Part shown: positions 10,059-19,388 of the stretch, piece by piece
Numbering within the stretch: the stretch's first letter is position 1
How the letters are laid out: every line of letters starts with the position of its first letter
NCBI GenBank assembly: GCA_947625575.1
Contig: CANQOV010000001.1
Location: forward strand, 1,498-65,497
Source of the DNA: an uncultured Bacilli bacterium
GTDB lineage: Bacteria; Bacillota_I; Bacilli_A; RF39; UBA660
DNA length: 64,000 nt
Direction: 5' to 3'
The notes under the pieces: generated by a model
The model's database searches: none
The model's input: the letters and a program-made list of their open reading frames with translations, nothing else
Told to the model about the DNA's origin: nothing
Made by a program: the position numbers and the translations under genes

Positions 10059-10514
10059 GTGATAAAAATGAAATTTCATCATATTGGAATAGCAACAAAT
10101 AACATAGAAAGAACAAAAGAAAAATTACAAAAGTTTTTTAATGTAAAAGAAATATCAAATACCATATATGATAAAAATCAAGATGCGTACTTATGTATGA
10201 TCACTTTAGATGACAATATAAAAATTGAACTTATAAATGGCAAAGTAGTAGAAAATATTTTAAAGAAAAGACAATATCTATATCATACTTGTTATGAGAC
10301 AGATGATTTAGAAAATGAAATGAAAAAGTTAATAGATGATGGTGCTTTTCTTGTAAGTGATGCAAAAGAGGCAATTTTGTTTGATAACCAGAAAGTTGCT
10401 TTTTTGATGTGGGATTTAGGTCTCATAGAATTACTTCAAAAAGATATCCCGGGGGGGGTAATTTATAAAATCTTTTATAAATTATCAACAAATTTAGTAG
10501 GAGTGGTAGCATGA
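10059..10514 (+). CDS. VOC-family (glyoxalase / methylmalonyl-CoA epimerase fold) protein
   Basis: N-terminus MKFHHIGIATNNIER… is typical of VOC / glyoxalase-I-like enzymes. Contains a G8 homopolymer (10451-10458). Confidence 0.5.
   Translation: MIKMKFHHIGIATNNIERTKEKLQKFFNVKEISNTIYDKNQDAYLCMITLDDNIKIELINGKVVENILKKRQYLYHTCYETDDLENEMKKLIDDGAFLVSDAKEAILFDNQKVAFLMWDLGLIELLQKDIPGGVIYKIFYKLSTNLVGVVA
10451..10458 (+). repeat. G8 homopolymeric tract inside a CDS, 53 nt upstream of the overlapping MBOAT start
   Basis: CCCGGGGGGGGTAA, read directly. Gains or losses of one G create near-immediate stops (G7 gives …ccg ggg ggg TAA). Confidence 0.9.
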
Positions 10515-12040
10515 ATTTAACATCATTTAGTTTTATAATATTTTGTATTTTAACATTTACATTATATTTTAGTTTTCCAAAAAAATATAAATGGATAGTT
10601 TTATCTGTATCAAGTTTATTTTTTCTATTCTATAAAAATGTTACATTATCAACTTTGCTACAAGCTTTAATTATTCTTTTTGTATCATATTTTATTGGAT
10701 TAAAACTTGAAAAAAATAAAAATACAAAAACTGGTAAAAAATATTTAACATTTGGAATTTTAATTATTTTAGGTGTACTTATATATCTAAAATATACTAA
10801 TTTATTTTTAACAACTTTTAATCATCTATTTAATTTATTCAATATTAATTTTCAATTTGAATTAGTACATCATAATTCTCTTATAGGTCTTAGTTATTTT
10901 TCCTTAATAATGATTGGATATTTAACTGATATTTATCGTGGTGTTACTAATGCTGAAAAAAATATATTTAAATGTGCTTTATTTATGAGTTATTTTCCAA
11001 TTTTAAATTCTGGTCCTTTCGTAAAATATGATCAAATGAAAGAAAGTTTATATAAAGATCATAAATTTGATTTTGATAGATTAAAAAGAGGAGCAATAAG
11101 AGTTTTATGGGGAATATTTAAAATTCTTGTTATTTCCCAAAGACTTGGTATATTTGTAGATAAAGTATATGGCGATTTAACTAAATTTAAAGGTGTATAT
11201 GTTGTAATAGCGTGTTTGTTCTTTACATTGCAATTATATACTAATTTTTCTGGCTCAATTGATATGATTATGGGTATTTCAGAAATATTTGATATTAAAT
11301 TACCTGAAAACTTTGATGCACCATTTTTCTCAAAGACAATAACTGAATTATGGAGAAGATGGCACATAACTCTTGGTGCTTGGTTAAAAGATTATATATT
11401 TTATCCTTTATTAAAATCTGATTTTATGCAAAAAATAGGAAAATTTTGCAAAGAAAAATTTGGTAAGAAAGCCTATAAAAAAGTTCCACTTTATTTATCT
11501 ATGTTTGTTATGTGGATATTAATTGGAGCTTGGCATGGTGGAGCTTATACATTTATAATTGGATCTGGATTATTACAATTTATTTATATGTTTTTAGAAG
11601 ATAATTTAACTCCAATATCAGATAAAATAAATAACAAACTTGGCATAAACAAAGAAACATTTATTTATAGATTATATCAAAGAATAAGAACTTTTCTATT
11701 ATTTTCTTTTTCAATGATATTCTTTAGAGCAGAAAGCGTTAGTAAAGCAATAAAAATCATAAAAGCAATGTTTGTAAGAAATTATCATGTTTTAATAGGA
11801 AAATCACTATTCAAAGCAGGTCTTAATATAAGTAATTTTGCAGTATTAATAATAGCATTAGTAATTCTATTTATCGTTGAATTATTTAAAAATCGTGGCA
11901 AAGACGTAAGAGATATTTTAGATAAGCAAAATATAGTATTTAGATGGATAATTTATTTTGCCTTAATATTTGGTATAATTATATTTGGTTGTTATGGAGT
12001 AGGATATAATCCAGCTGACTTTATTTATAGAGAATTTTAG
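10511..12040 (+). CDS. MBOAT-family membrane O-acyltransferase (DltB/AlgI-like)
   Basis: 509-aa polytopic membrane protein. MBOAT-like C-terminal core (…WRRWHITLGAWLKDYIFYPL… with the conserved His). Overlaps the upstream stop (ATGA). Confidence 0.8.
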   Translation: MNLTSFSFIIFCILTFTLYFSFPKKYKWIVLSVSSLFFLFYKNVTLSTLLQALIILFVSYFIGLKLEKNKNTKTGKKYLTFGILIILGVLIYLKYTNLFLTTFNHLFNLFNINFQFELVHHNSLIGLSYFSLIMIGYLTDIYRGVTNAEKNIFKCALFMSYFPILNSGPFVKYDQMKESLYKDHKFDFDRLKRGAIRVLWGIFKILVISQRLGIFVDKVYGDLTKFKGVYVVIACLFFTLQLYTNFSGSIDMIMGISEIFDIKLPENFDAPFFSKTITELWRRWHITLGAWLKDYIFYPLLKSDFMQKIGKFCKEKFGKKAYKKVPLYLSMFVMWILIGAWHGGAYTFIIGSGLLQFIYMFLEDNLTPISDKINNKLGINKETFIYRLYQRIRTFLLFSFSMIFFRAESVSKAIKIIKAMFVRNYHVLIGKSLFKAGLNISNFAVLIIALVILFIVELFKNRGKDVRDILDKQNIVFRWIIYFALIFGIIIFGCYGVGYNPADFIYREF

Positions 12041-12048
12041 GTGATAAA

Positions 12049-13101
12049 ATGAAAAATTATAAAAATTTAATAAAAGTTATAATATTTATTTTTATATTTT
12101 GTATATTATGGCATATAACATTTAAAATATTGTGGGGTGAAAATACAGCACTTTCTTATTTTTATGAAGAAAAAGAAAACACAATTGATGTAGCCTATGT
12201 TGGTGCTAGTAATGTTTACGTATACTTTAACACAACACTTGCATACAACGAATATGGTTTTACAACCTATAATATTGCTACCGACTCGCAACCATTTGTC
12301 TATATAAAATACCTCCTTAAAGAAATTCAAAAATACCAAAAACCAAAACTTTACATAATTGATATAACGAGAATTATTTCAAATCCAGATTATTATGATG
12401 AAAATTCAATAAGAAAATTAATTGATAGTATGAAAAAATCATATAATCAATATGAAGCTTTAACTAGTGTTTTGGATTATTTAGAAATGCCAAATGAAGA
12501 AAGAGTAAATTATTATTTTAGTTTTCTTTTATATCACAATAGATGGGAAGACTTTAAAGGGAAAAGTTTGACTGAAAATACAAATTTATATAAAGGTTTT
12601 CAAACAAAAAATTATAATTTCAATATTAAACCTCAAAAGAAAATATTATGGAATAATGATTCATCTATTAAAGTAACTGACAAAAATAAAGAAGTTTTGC
12701 TAGATTTATTAGAATATATAAATGATAATAATTTAAACGTACTTTTTACAATTCCATGTAGAACATTTAATGCTACAGAAATGAGTAAATTAAATGATGC
12801 AACCAAAATTATTAATAAATATGACTACCAAGTAATAAATTTTAATCAAAATGATTCTTACATTGATTACTCAAATGACTTATATAATCCAAATCATTTA
12901 AATATATATGGCTCAACAAAATTTACATTATATTTTGCCAAATATTTAGATAATATTTATAATTTGCCTGATCATAGAAATGATGAAAAATATTCATCTT
13001 GGGTTGAAGAATACAATAGATTTAAAAGCAAATATGAGCAAAAAACAAATAATAATTTTGAAGCTTTAGTCAAAGAATATAAAGAAAAATATAATTTTTA
13101 A
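12049..13101 (+). CDS. DltD/AlgJ-like membrane-anchored SGNH-fold protein (MBOAT partner)
   Basis: N-terminal TM anchor. Putative nucleophile block VAYVGASNVY and His block NPNHLNIYG. Sits immediately after the MBOAT gene. Weak motif-level call. Confidence 0.4.
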   Translation: MKNYKNLIKVIIFIFIFCILWHITFKILWGENTALSYFYEEKENTIDVAYVGASNVYVYFNTTLAYNEYGFTTYNIATDSQPFVYIKYLLKEIQKYQKPKLYIIDITRIISNPDYYDENSIRKLIDSMKKSYNQYEALTSVLDYLEMPNEERVNYYFSFLLYHNRWEDFKGKSLTENTNLYKGFQTKNYNFNIKPQKKILWNNDSSIKVTDKNKEVLLDLLEYINDNNLNVLFTIPCRTFNATEMSKLNDATKIINKYDYQVINFNQNDSYIDYSNDLYNPNHLNIYGSTKFTLYFAKYLDNIYNLPDHRNDEKYSSWVEEYNRFKSKYEQKTNNNFEALVKEYKEKYNF

Positions 13102-13113
13102 AGGAGTAGTAGC

Positions 13114-13521
13114 ATGAATAACAAAAGTTTATTAAGAGAAAATATAGTAAAAATATTATATGAAACATATATCTACGAAAAAAGTAATGTAACGTATTCA
13201 ATAAACGACTTAATAAAAGAACAACAGGAAGTAGATAATAAATTTGTAACTGAAGCTGTTAACTATATTAAGAAAAATCAAACCAATATTAATAATATTG
13301 CTAATAAATATTTAAAGAATTGGGATATAGATAGATTAAGTCCTGTGGATAAAGCAATATTTTCTCTTGCTATATATGAATTAAAATATACAGATACACC
13401 AAAAATTGTAGCTATAAATGAAGCTATCGAACTAGCTAAAAAATATAGTGATGATAAAGTTGTAGCGATGGTAAATGCTTCATTAGATAAACTATATCAT
13501 GATGAGGTCCAAGATGAATAA
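13114..13521 (+). CDS. nusB: Transcription antitermination factor NusB
   Basis: 135 aa. Synteny nusB-xseA-xseB. The C-terminal half resembles NusB. Confidence 0.75.
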   Translation: MNNKSLLRENIVKILYETYIYEKSNVTYSINDLIKEQQEVDNKFVTEAVNYIKKNQTNINNIANKYLKNWDIDRLSPVDKAIFSLAIYELKYTDTPKIVAINEAIELAKKYSDDKVVAMVNASLDKLYHDEVQDE

Positions 13522-14779
13522 TGATAGATATTTAACTATTACTCAAATAAATAAATATTTAAAATATAAATTTGATAATGATGATAATTTATCTATAGTA
13601 TATTTAAAAGGAGAAATATCAAATTTTAAGAATCATACTACAGGACATTTATATTTTACTTTAAAAGATGAAAATTCAAGAATACTAGCAATAATGTTTA
13701 AAAACAATGCCCAAAATTTAAAATTCCAACCAAAAGACGGCTCAAAAGTTTTAGTAACAGGTAAAATAAGTGTTTATGAAGCAACTGGAAATTATCAAAT
13801 ATATGTAACTGATATGCAAGAAGATGGAGTAGGAAACCTCTATTTAGAGTTTGAAAAATTAAAGAAAAAGTTGTCTGAACTTGGCTATTTTAATGAAGAT
13901 CATAAAAAACCAATACCAAAATTTCCAAGAAAAATTGGAGTAATAACTGCTAAAACAGGAGCAGCAATTAAAGATATAATTACTACAATCAATAGAAGAT
14001 ATAGAATATGCGAAATTTATTTATTCCCAGCACTAGTTCAAGGAGAAAATGCCAAAGAAGATATCGTTAGCAAATTAAAAATAGCAGATGAATATAACCT
14101 AGATGTAATAATATTAGGCCGTGGTGGTGGCTCAATTGAAGATTTATGGCCATTTAATGAAGAAATAGTAGCTAAAGCTATCTACGAAGCAAAAACACCA
14201 ATAATAAGTGCAGTAGGTCATGAAATAGATTTTACAATTGCAGATTTTGTTGCTGATTTAAGAGCACCAACACCAACCGCTGGAGCAGAACTTGCCGTAC
14301 CAAATCAACTAGAATTAAAAGAATATATAAAACAATTAGAATTACGACAAATAAAAAATATAAAACATTTAATTGAAACAAAAACAAAACATCTAGATTA
14401 TTTAAAATCAAATCATATCTTAAAAAATCCGATGGATATTTATATTGTAAAGCAACAAAAACTAGATATGTTAATAGAAAAAATGATTTATCTATTTAAA
14501 GAAAAATTAAACATAGCTAGTAATAAAATTACTATAACAAGTAATAACCTAAAAGTAGATATTAAAAATATCTTTGATAAAAAACAGATATATTTTACAA
14601 ATTTATTAAGTAAAATAGAAACACTAAATCCCATAAATACAATTAAAAGAGGTTATAGTATTACAAGATTAGATAATAAAATAGTAGATATTAAAAAAAT
14701 AAAAAAAGATGATTTAATAAAAACAGAATTACAAACTGGCTTTATAACATCTAAAGTAGTAGAAGTGGAGGAAAAATAA
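13499..14779 (+). CDS. xseA: Exodeoxyribonuclease VII large subunit
   Basis: OB-fold N-terminus (…[22 protein letters not shown]…), then the catalytic …[14 protein letters not shown]…[13 protein letters not shown]… core. Confidence 0.85.
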   Translation: MMRSKMNNDRYLTITQINKYLKYKFDNDDNLSIVYLKGEISNFKNHTTGHLYFTLKDENSRILAIMFKNNAQNLKFQPKDGSKVLVTGKISVYEATGNYQIYVTDMQEDGVGNLYLEFEKLKKKLSELGYFNEDHKKPIPKFPRKIGVITAKTGAAIKDIITTINRRYRICEIYLFPALVQGENAKEDIVSKLKIADEYNLDVIILGRGGGSIEDLWPFNEEIVAKAIYEAKTPIISAVGHEIDFTIADFVADLRAPTPTAGAELAVPNQLELKEYIKQLELRQIKNIKHLIETKTKHLDYLKSNHILKNPMDIYIVKQQKLDMLIEKMIYLFKEKLNIASNKITITSNNLKVDIKNIFDKKQIYFTNLLSKIETLNPINTIKRGYSITRLDNKIVDIKKIKKDDLIKTELQTGFITSKVVEVEEK

Positions 14780-15003
14780 TGGAAAAAACCAAAAAAACAT
14801 TTGAAGAGAATTTAGAAGAACTAGAAAAAATAGTTAAAGATTTAGAAAATGGAGATATTCCCCTAGATGATGCAATAGATAAATTTAAAATTGCTATGGA
14901 TTTATCTAAAGAGTGCAATAAAACACTAGATGAAGCAACAAAAGTAGTAAGTAAAGTGCTAAATGAAAATAACGAATTAGAAGATTTCAAAATAGAAGAG
15001 TAA
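14779..15003 (+). CDS. xseB: Exodeoxyribonuclease VII small subunit
   Basis: 74-aa acidic coiled-coil protein (…[29 protein letters not shown]…) overlapping the xseA stop. Confidence 0.8.
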   Translation: MEKTKKTFEENLEELEKIVKDLENGDIPLDDAIDKFKIAMDLSKECNKTLDEATKVVSKVLNENNELEDFKIEE

Positions 15004-15021
15004 AAGATATTCGAGGTAAAA

Positions 15022-16131
15022 ATGGCTTATTTATTAATTATCCCCAAATTGATAATAAAATTTATTTATTTAATTTTTAGAATTTTTCCTATTAACGAAA
15101 AAAAAGTTGTTTTCATAAGTAGGCAATCTAATTCTATAACATTAGATTTTAAATTATTAAAAGAAGAAATAACAAAATTAGATGATAGTTTTAAAATAGT
15201 TGTGTTATGCAATAAATTACAAATGTCTTTTAAAGGAATAATTAGTTATTCTTTTGTAATAATTAAACAATTATATCATTTAGCAACTTCTAAAGTGTGT
15301 GTTGTTGATTCCTATTGCATGGCCTTAAGCAATGTAAAATTAAAAAAAGGAATAACTGTTATACAAATATGGCATGCAATAGCTACAATTAAAAAATTTG
15401 GATATCAAACAATATATAAACAATATGGAAGGCAAAGCAAAGTGGCTAAAATCCTTAATATGCATAAAAATTATGATTATGTAGTATCAGGATCAGAAAC
15501 TATGAAACCAATATTTGCTGAAGCTTTTAATGTGCCAACAAGTAAAGTTATCTGCTGTGGTACACCAAGAATAGATTATTTACTAAGAAATTGTGACAAT
15601 ATTAAAGATGAGATATTGAAACATTATCCTCAATTAACCAAAAAGAAGAATATTTTATATGCTCCAACTTTTAGAAGAGACAAGGATATTGGTATTAATA
15701 AATTAGTAAATATTATTGATTTTAATAAATATAATCTTATAGTTAAAACTCATCCAGTAAAAAATCAGACTTTTAATAATAAATTTATTTTAAATTGTAA
15801 AGAATTTATTACAACAGATTTACTAACTGTTGCTGATTATGTAATAACTGATTATTCTTCTATTTGTATAGAATCAGCTTTATTAAACAAGCCTACTTAT
15901 TTTTATTTATATGATATTGATGATTATAATAAATTTAATGGTTTAAATGTTGATTTAGAAAAAGAAATGAAGCCATATTGTTTTAAGAATTTTAATAAAT
16001 TATACAAATCATTAGAAAAAAATTACCAATACGAAAAATTACATAATCTAAAAAATAAATATGTTACAAATCAAAATGGAAATTCTACAACTACTTTAGC
16101 TGAACTTATTGTCCATAATAGGCAAAATTAA
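15022..16131 (+). CDS. CDP-glycerol glycerophosphotransferase family protein (TagB/TagF-like)
   Basis: TagF-family motif …IQIWHAIATIKKFGYQ… plus a C-terminal …YFYLYDIDDY… region. Confidence 0.65.
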   Translation: MAYLLIIPKLIIKFIYLIFRIFPINEKKVVFISRQSNSITLDFKLLKEEITKLDDSFKIVVLCNKLQMSFKGIISYSFVIIKQLYHLATSKVCVVDSYCMALSNVKLKKGITVIQIWHAIATIKKFGYQTIYKQYGRQSKVAKILNMHKNYDYVVSGSETMKPIFAEAFNVPTSKVICCGTPRIDYLLRNCDNIKDEILKHYPQLTKKKNILYAPTFRRDKDIGINKLVNIIDFNKYNLIVKTHPVKNQTFNNKFILNCKEFITTDLLTVADYVITDYSSICIESALLNKPTYFYLYDIDDYNKFNGLNVDLEKEMKPYCFKNFNKLYKSLEKNYQYEKLHNLKNKYVTNQNGNSTTTLAELIVHNRQN

Positions 16132-16138
16132 AATAATA

Positions 16139-16167
16139 TTGCTTATATCAATAATAAATGATAAAAT
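16139..16167 (+). promoter_or_regulatory. Possible sigma-A promoter ahead of the phosphonate module
   Basis: TTGCTT, 17-nt spacer, TAAAAT. RBS GAAAGGAAG before the ATG at 16196. Confidence 0.3.
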
Positions 16168-16195
16168 GTAATTATAGTGAAAGGAAGTAAACAAA

Positions 16196-17503
16196 ATGAA
16201 AAAAAAGGTTTATATAGCAATGTCTGCTGATGTTATACATCAAGGTCACATCAATATCATCGAAGAAGGTGCAAAATATGGAGATGTAATAATTGGTTTA
16301 CTAACTGATGAAGCTATTGCTAGTTACAAACGCATGCCACTATTAAATTATGAAAATAGAAAAAAAATATTTGAAAATCTTAAAAATGTTACTGAAATAG
16401 TACCACAAAGCACGCTTGACTATACTGAAAATCTAAGAAAAATTAAACCAGATTATGTATTACATGGAGATGATTGGCGTACAGGAATTCAAAGTGTAGT
16501 TAGAGATAATGTAATTAATACCTTAAAAGAATGGAACGGAGAATTAATTGAAATACCTTATACTAAAGATGTAAATTCTACTGATTTAGAACATAAATAT
16601 CGTGAACTTACAAATACACCTGATATAAGAAGAGCAAAACTTCGTCAACTTTTAAAATTTAAACCATATATAAGTGTTATGGAAGCATCAAATGGATTAT
16701 CAGGATTAATTGTTGAAAATGCAACTGCCATTAATCGCGATAGTAAAACGACAAAAGAGTTTGATGCGATGTGGGTTAGTAGTTTATGTGATTCAACATT
16801 TAAAGGAAAACCTGATATTGAATTAGTTGATTTAACTAGTAGAATAAATACAATCAATGAAATATTGGAAGTTACTACTAAACCAATAATATTAGATGGT
16901 GATACTGGTGGTAAAATAGAGCATTTTGTATACAATGTTAAAACCTTAGAAAGACTTGGAGTTTCAGCTATTATTATTGAAGATAAAACAGGTTTAAAGA
17001 AAAATTCATTATTTGGTACAGAAGTTAAACAAACTTTAGATGATCCAGATAGATTTGCAGAAAAAATAAAAGCAGGAAAACAAGCTCTTGCAACAAAGGA
17101 TTTCATGATTTTTGCAAGATTAGAAAGCTTAATTGCTGGTATGGGAATAGATGATGCTTTATCAAGAGCTGATAAATATATCGAAGCAGGAGCAGATGGA
17201 ATAATGATTCACAGCAAAGAAAAAACAGGATTGGATATAAAAGAATTTTTAGAAAGATTTAAGAAAAAATATCATAATGTTCCAACAATAGTAGTACCTA
17301 CTTCATATAATCAATTTACAGAAGAAGAATTACATGAGTGGGGTGCAAATATAATTATTCATGCAAATCATTTATTAAGGAGTGCATATCCAGCAATGAT
17401 GAAAACAGCTAAAACAATACTAGAAAATGGCAGAAGCAAAGAAGCTGATGAGTATTGTATGCCAATAAAAGAAATTATAACATTAATTCCGGGGGGAAAA
17501 TAA
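16196..17503 (+). CDS. pepM: Phosphoenolpyruvate mutase (PepM/AepX) with N-terminal cytidylyltransferase-like (HxGH) domain
   Basis: N-terminus …[16 protein letters not shown]… (HxGH nucleotidyltransferase). C-terminal PEP mutase core …ILDGDTGG…IIIEDK…. Confidence 0.8.
   Translation: MKKKVYIAMSADVIHQGHINIIEEGAKYGDVIIGLLTDEAIASYKRMPLLNYENRKKIFENLKNVTEIVPQSTLDYTENLRKIKPDYVLHGDDWRTGIQSVVRDNVINTLKEWNGELIEIPYTKDVNSTDLEHKYRELTNTPDIRRAKLRQLLKFKPYISVMEASNGLSGLIVENATAINRDSKTTKEFDAMWVSSLCDSTFKGKPDIELVDLTSRINTINEILEVTTKPIILDGDTGGKIEHFVYNVKTLERLGVSAIIIEDKTGLKKNSLFGTEVKQTLDDPDRFAEKIKAGKQALATKDFMIFARLESLIAGMGIDDALSRADKYIEAGADGIMIHSKEKTGLDIKEFLERFKKKYHNVPTIVVPTSYNQFTEEELHEWGANIIIHANHLLRSAYPAMMKTAKTILENGRSKEADEYCMPIKEIITLIPGGK
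17492..17497 (+). repeat. G6 tract at the pepM stop / ppd start junction
   Basis: …att ccg ggg gga aaa TAA a ATG… Loss of one G puts ppd in frame with pepM. Confidence 0.85.
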
Positions 17504-17504
17504 A

Positions 17505-18614
17505 ATGATAGATACAGAAGAATTTTACAAATATTTAATTAGTAAAAAACTTGATTTTTTTGCTGGTGTTCCTGATTCTTTATTAAAAAACTTATGTGCT
17601 TGCATTAAAGCTAACACTAAAACAGATCACAACATCATTGCTGCCAATGAGGGAAATGCTATTGCAATGGCTGCAGGATATCATATTGCATCAGGCAATT
17701 ATGGTGTCGTATATATGCAAAATTCTGGTATCGGAAATGCAGTTAATCCATTACTTTCTTTAGTAGATGAAGAAGTGTATAGTATTCCAATGCTATTAAT
17801 TGTAGGTTGGAGAGGAGAGCCGGGCACAAAAGATGAGCCACAGCATGTTAAACAAGGAAAAGTAACTATTGAATTATTTAAAACAATGGGAATTGAAACT
17901 ATTATTTTAGATGAAAATTATAAAAGCCAAATAGACTATTGTTATAATTATATGAAAGAAAACAATAAACCAATTGCTGTTATCATAAAAAAAGGTTTAT
18001 TTAGTAATTATAAAATAGATATGCCTGAAAACAATTATCAAATAAAAAGAGAAGAAGCTTTAGAAACAATATTAAAATGTTTAGATAAAGATGATTTTGT
18101 AGTTTCAACTACAGGAAAAACATCAAGAGAAATTTTTGAAATAAGAGAAAGAGATAACGAAGAACACAGTAATGACTTTTTAACAGTTGGATCTATGGGA
18201 CATACTTCATCTATTGCACTTGGTATGAGTATTGGGTGTGACAAAAATATTTATTGTATAGATGGCGACGGATCTTTTATTATGCATATGGGCTCTTTTG
18301 CCATAATTCCATCAGTAGCAAGTAAAAATTTTAAATATATTTTAATAAACAATGGTGCTCATGAATCTGTAGGAGGTCAACCAACTGTAGCATTTAATAT
18401 TAACGTTAAAGATACATTATTATCATTAGGTTTTAAAAATGTTTATACAGCATATACAAAAGAAGATATTGAAAAATATATGAAAAATTTAAAATACGAC
18501 AAATTACAAGCATTAGTAGTTTACACTAAATTAGGATCTAGAGAAGATTTAGGACGTCCTACAATTAGTCCTGTTGATAATAAAAAATCAATGATGAAAA
18601 AATTAAATAAATAA
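17505..18614 (+). CDS. ppd: Phosphonopyruvate decarboxylase (TPP-dependent)
   Basis: TPP-binding motif …CIDGDGSFIMHMGS… Size 369 aa. Immediately downstream of pepM. Confidence 0.75.
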   Translation: MIDTEEFYKYLISKKLDFFAGVPDSLLKNLCACIKANTKTDHNIIAANEGNAIAMAAGYHIASGNYGVVYMQNSGIGNAVNPLLSLVDEEVYSIPMLLIVGWRGEPGTKDEPQHVKQGKVTIELFKTMGIETIILDENYKSQIDYCYNYMKENNKPIAVIIKKGLFSNYKIDMPENNYQIKREEALETILKCLDKDDFVVSTTGKTSREIFEIRERDNEEHSNDFLTVGSMGHTSSIALGMSIGCDKNIYCIDGDGSFIMHMGSFAIIPSVASKNFKYILINNGAHESVGGQPTVAFNINVKDTLLSLGFKNVYTAYTKEDIEKYMKNLKYDKLQALVVYTKLGSREDLGRPTISPVDNKKSMMKKLNK

Positions 18615-18643
18615 CATTAAAATGGAGGAAGTAATAATATTCA

Positions 18644-19387
18644 ATGAAAGCAATAATATTTAATTCAGGAATCGGAAAAAGGATGGGGGATTTCACAAAA
18701 ACACATCATAAGTGCATGGCTGTACTAAATAATGGTGAAACAATATTAGAACGTCAAATAAGAATAATTGGTGAAAATGGAATAAATACATTTATCATCA
18801 CAACCGGTCCATTTAAGCAACAATTATTAGAAGTATGCAAAAAATTCCCTGATTATCAATTTGTTTTTGTTGATAATCCTTTATATCAAAAAACAAATTA
18901 CATATATTCCATGTATTTAGCAAAAGATTATCTTAATGATGATGTTTTATTGCTTCATGGAGATTTAGTATTTAATCAAGAACTAGTAAAAAGTATGCTA
19001 GGTGATAAACGTAGTTCAGTATGTTTAATAAATGAAGACAAACCATTACCTGAAAAAGATTTTAAAGCAAGGGTAGAAAATGGATTATTAAAAGAAGTAT
19101 CAATAAATATCTTTGATAGCAATTGTTATGCTTTTGAGCCATTATACAAGTTAAGTAAATCTGATTTATTAAAATGGCTAGAAAAAGTGAAAGAATTTGT
19201 AAATGAGGGCAATGTAAGCGTTTATGCCGAAAATGCATTGAATACTATATTAGACACATTAAAAATATATACTAAATCATATAAAAATGATTATATTGAT
19301 GAAATAGATAATATTGATGATTATTCAAGAGTTAGAAAAGAAATAGATGAATATGAAAAGAAAAGATTAAGATCTTTGAGAGGATAA
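18644..19387 (+). CDS. LicC/PntC-like cytidylyltransferase (NDP-activation of a phosphonate or phospho-alcohol)
   Basis: N-terminus MKAIIFNSGIGKRMG… gives the nucleotidyltransferase G-x-G-x-R motif. About 240 aa, as for LicC. Confidence 0.6.
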   Translation: MKAIIFNSGIGKRMGDFTKTHHKCMAVLNNGETILERQIRIIGENGINTFIITTGPFKQQLLEVCKKFPDYQFVFVDNPLYQKTNYIYSMYLAKDYLNDDVLLLHGDLVFNQELVKSMLGDKRSSVCLINEDKPLPEKDFKARVENGLLKEVSINIFDSNCYAFEPLYKLSKSDLLKWLEKVKEFVNEGNVSVYAENALNTILDTLKIYTKSYKNDYIDEIDNIDDYSRVRKEIDEYEKKRLRSLRG

Positions 19388-19388
19388 A

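Noticed and set aside
16645-17106. 153-aa minus-strand ORF inside pepM
   Set aside because: Antisense to the strongly supported PEP mutase CDS.
18685-18689. G5 runs (also at about 37189 in mnmA) as further contingency tracts
   Set aside because: G5 runs also occur inside ordinary housekeeping genes in this window, so they are probably background. Only G6 or longer at gene junctions and the G8 and G10 tracts were kept.
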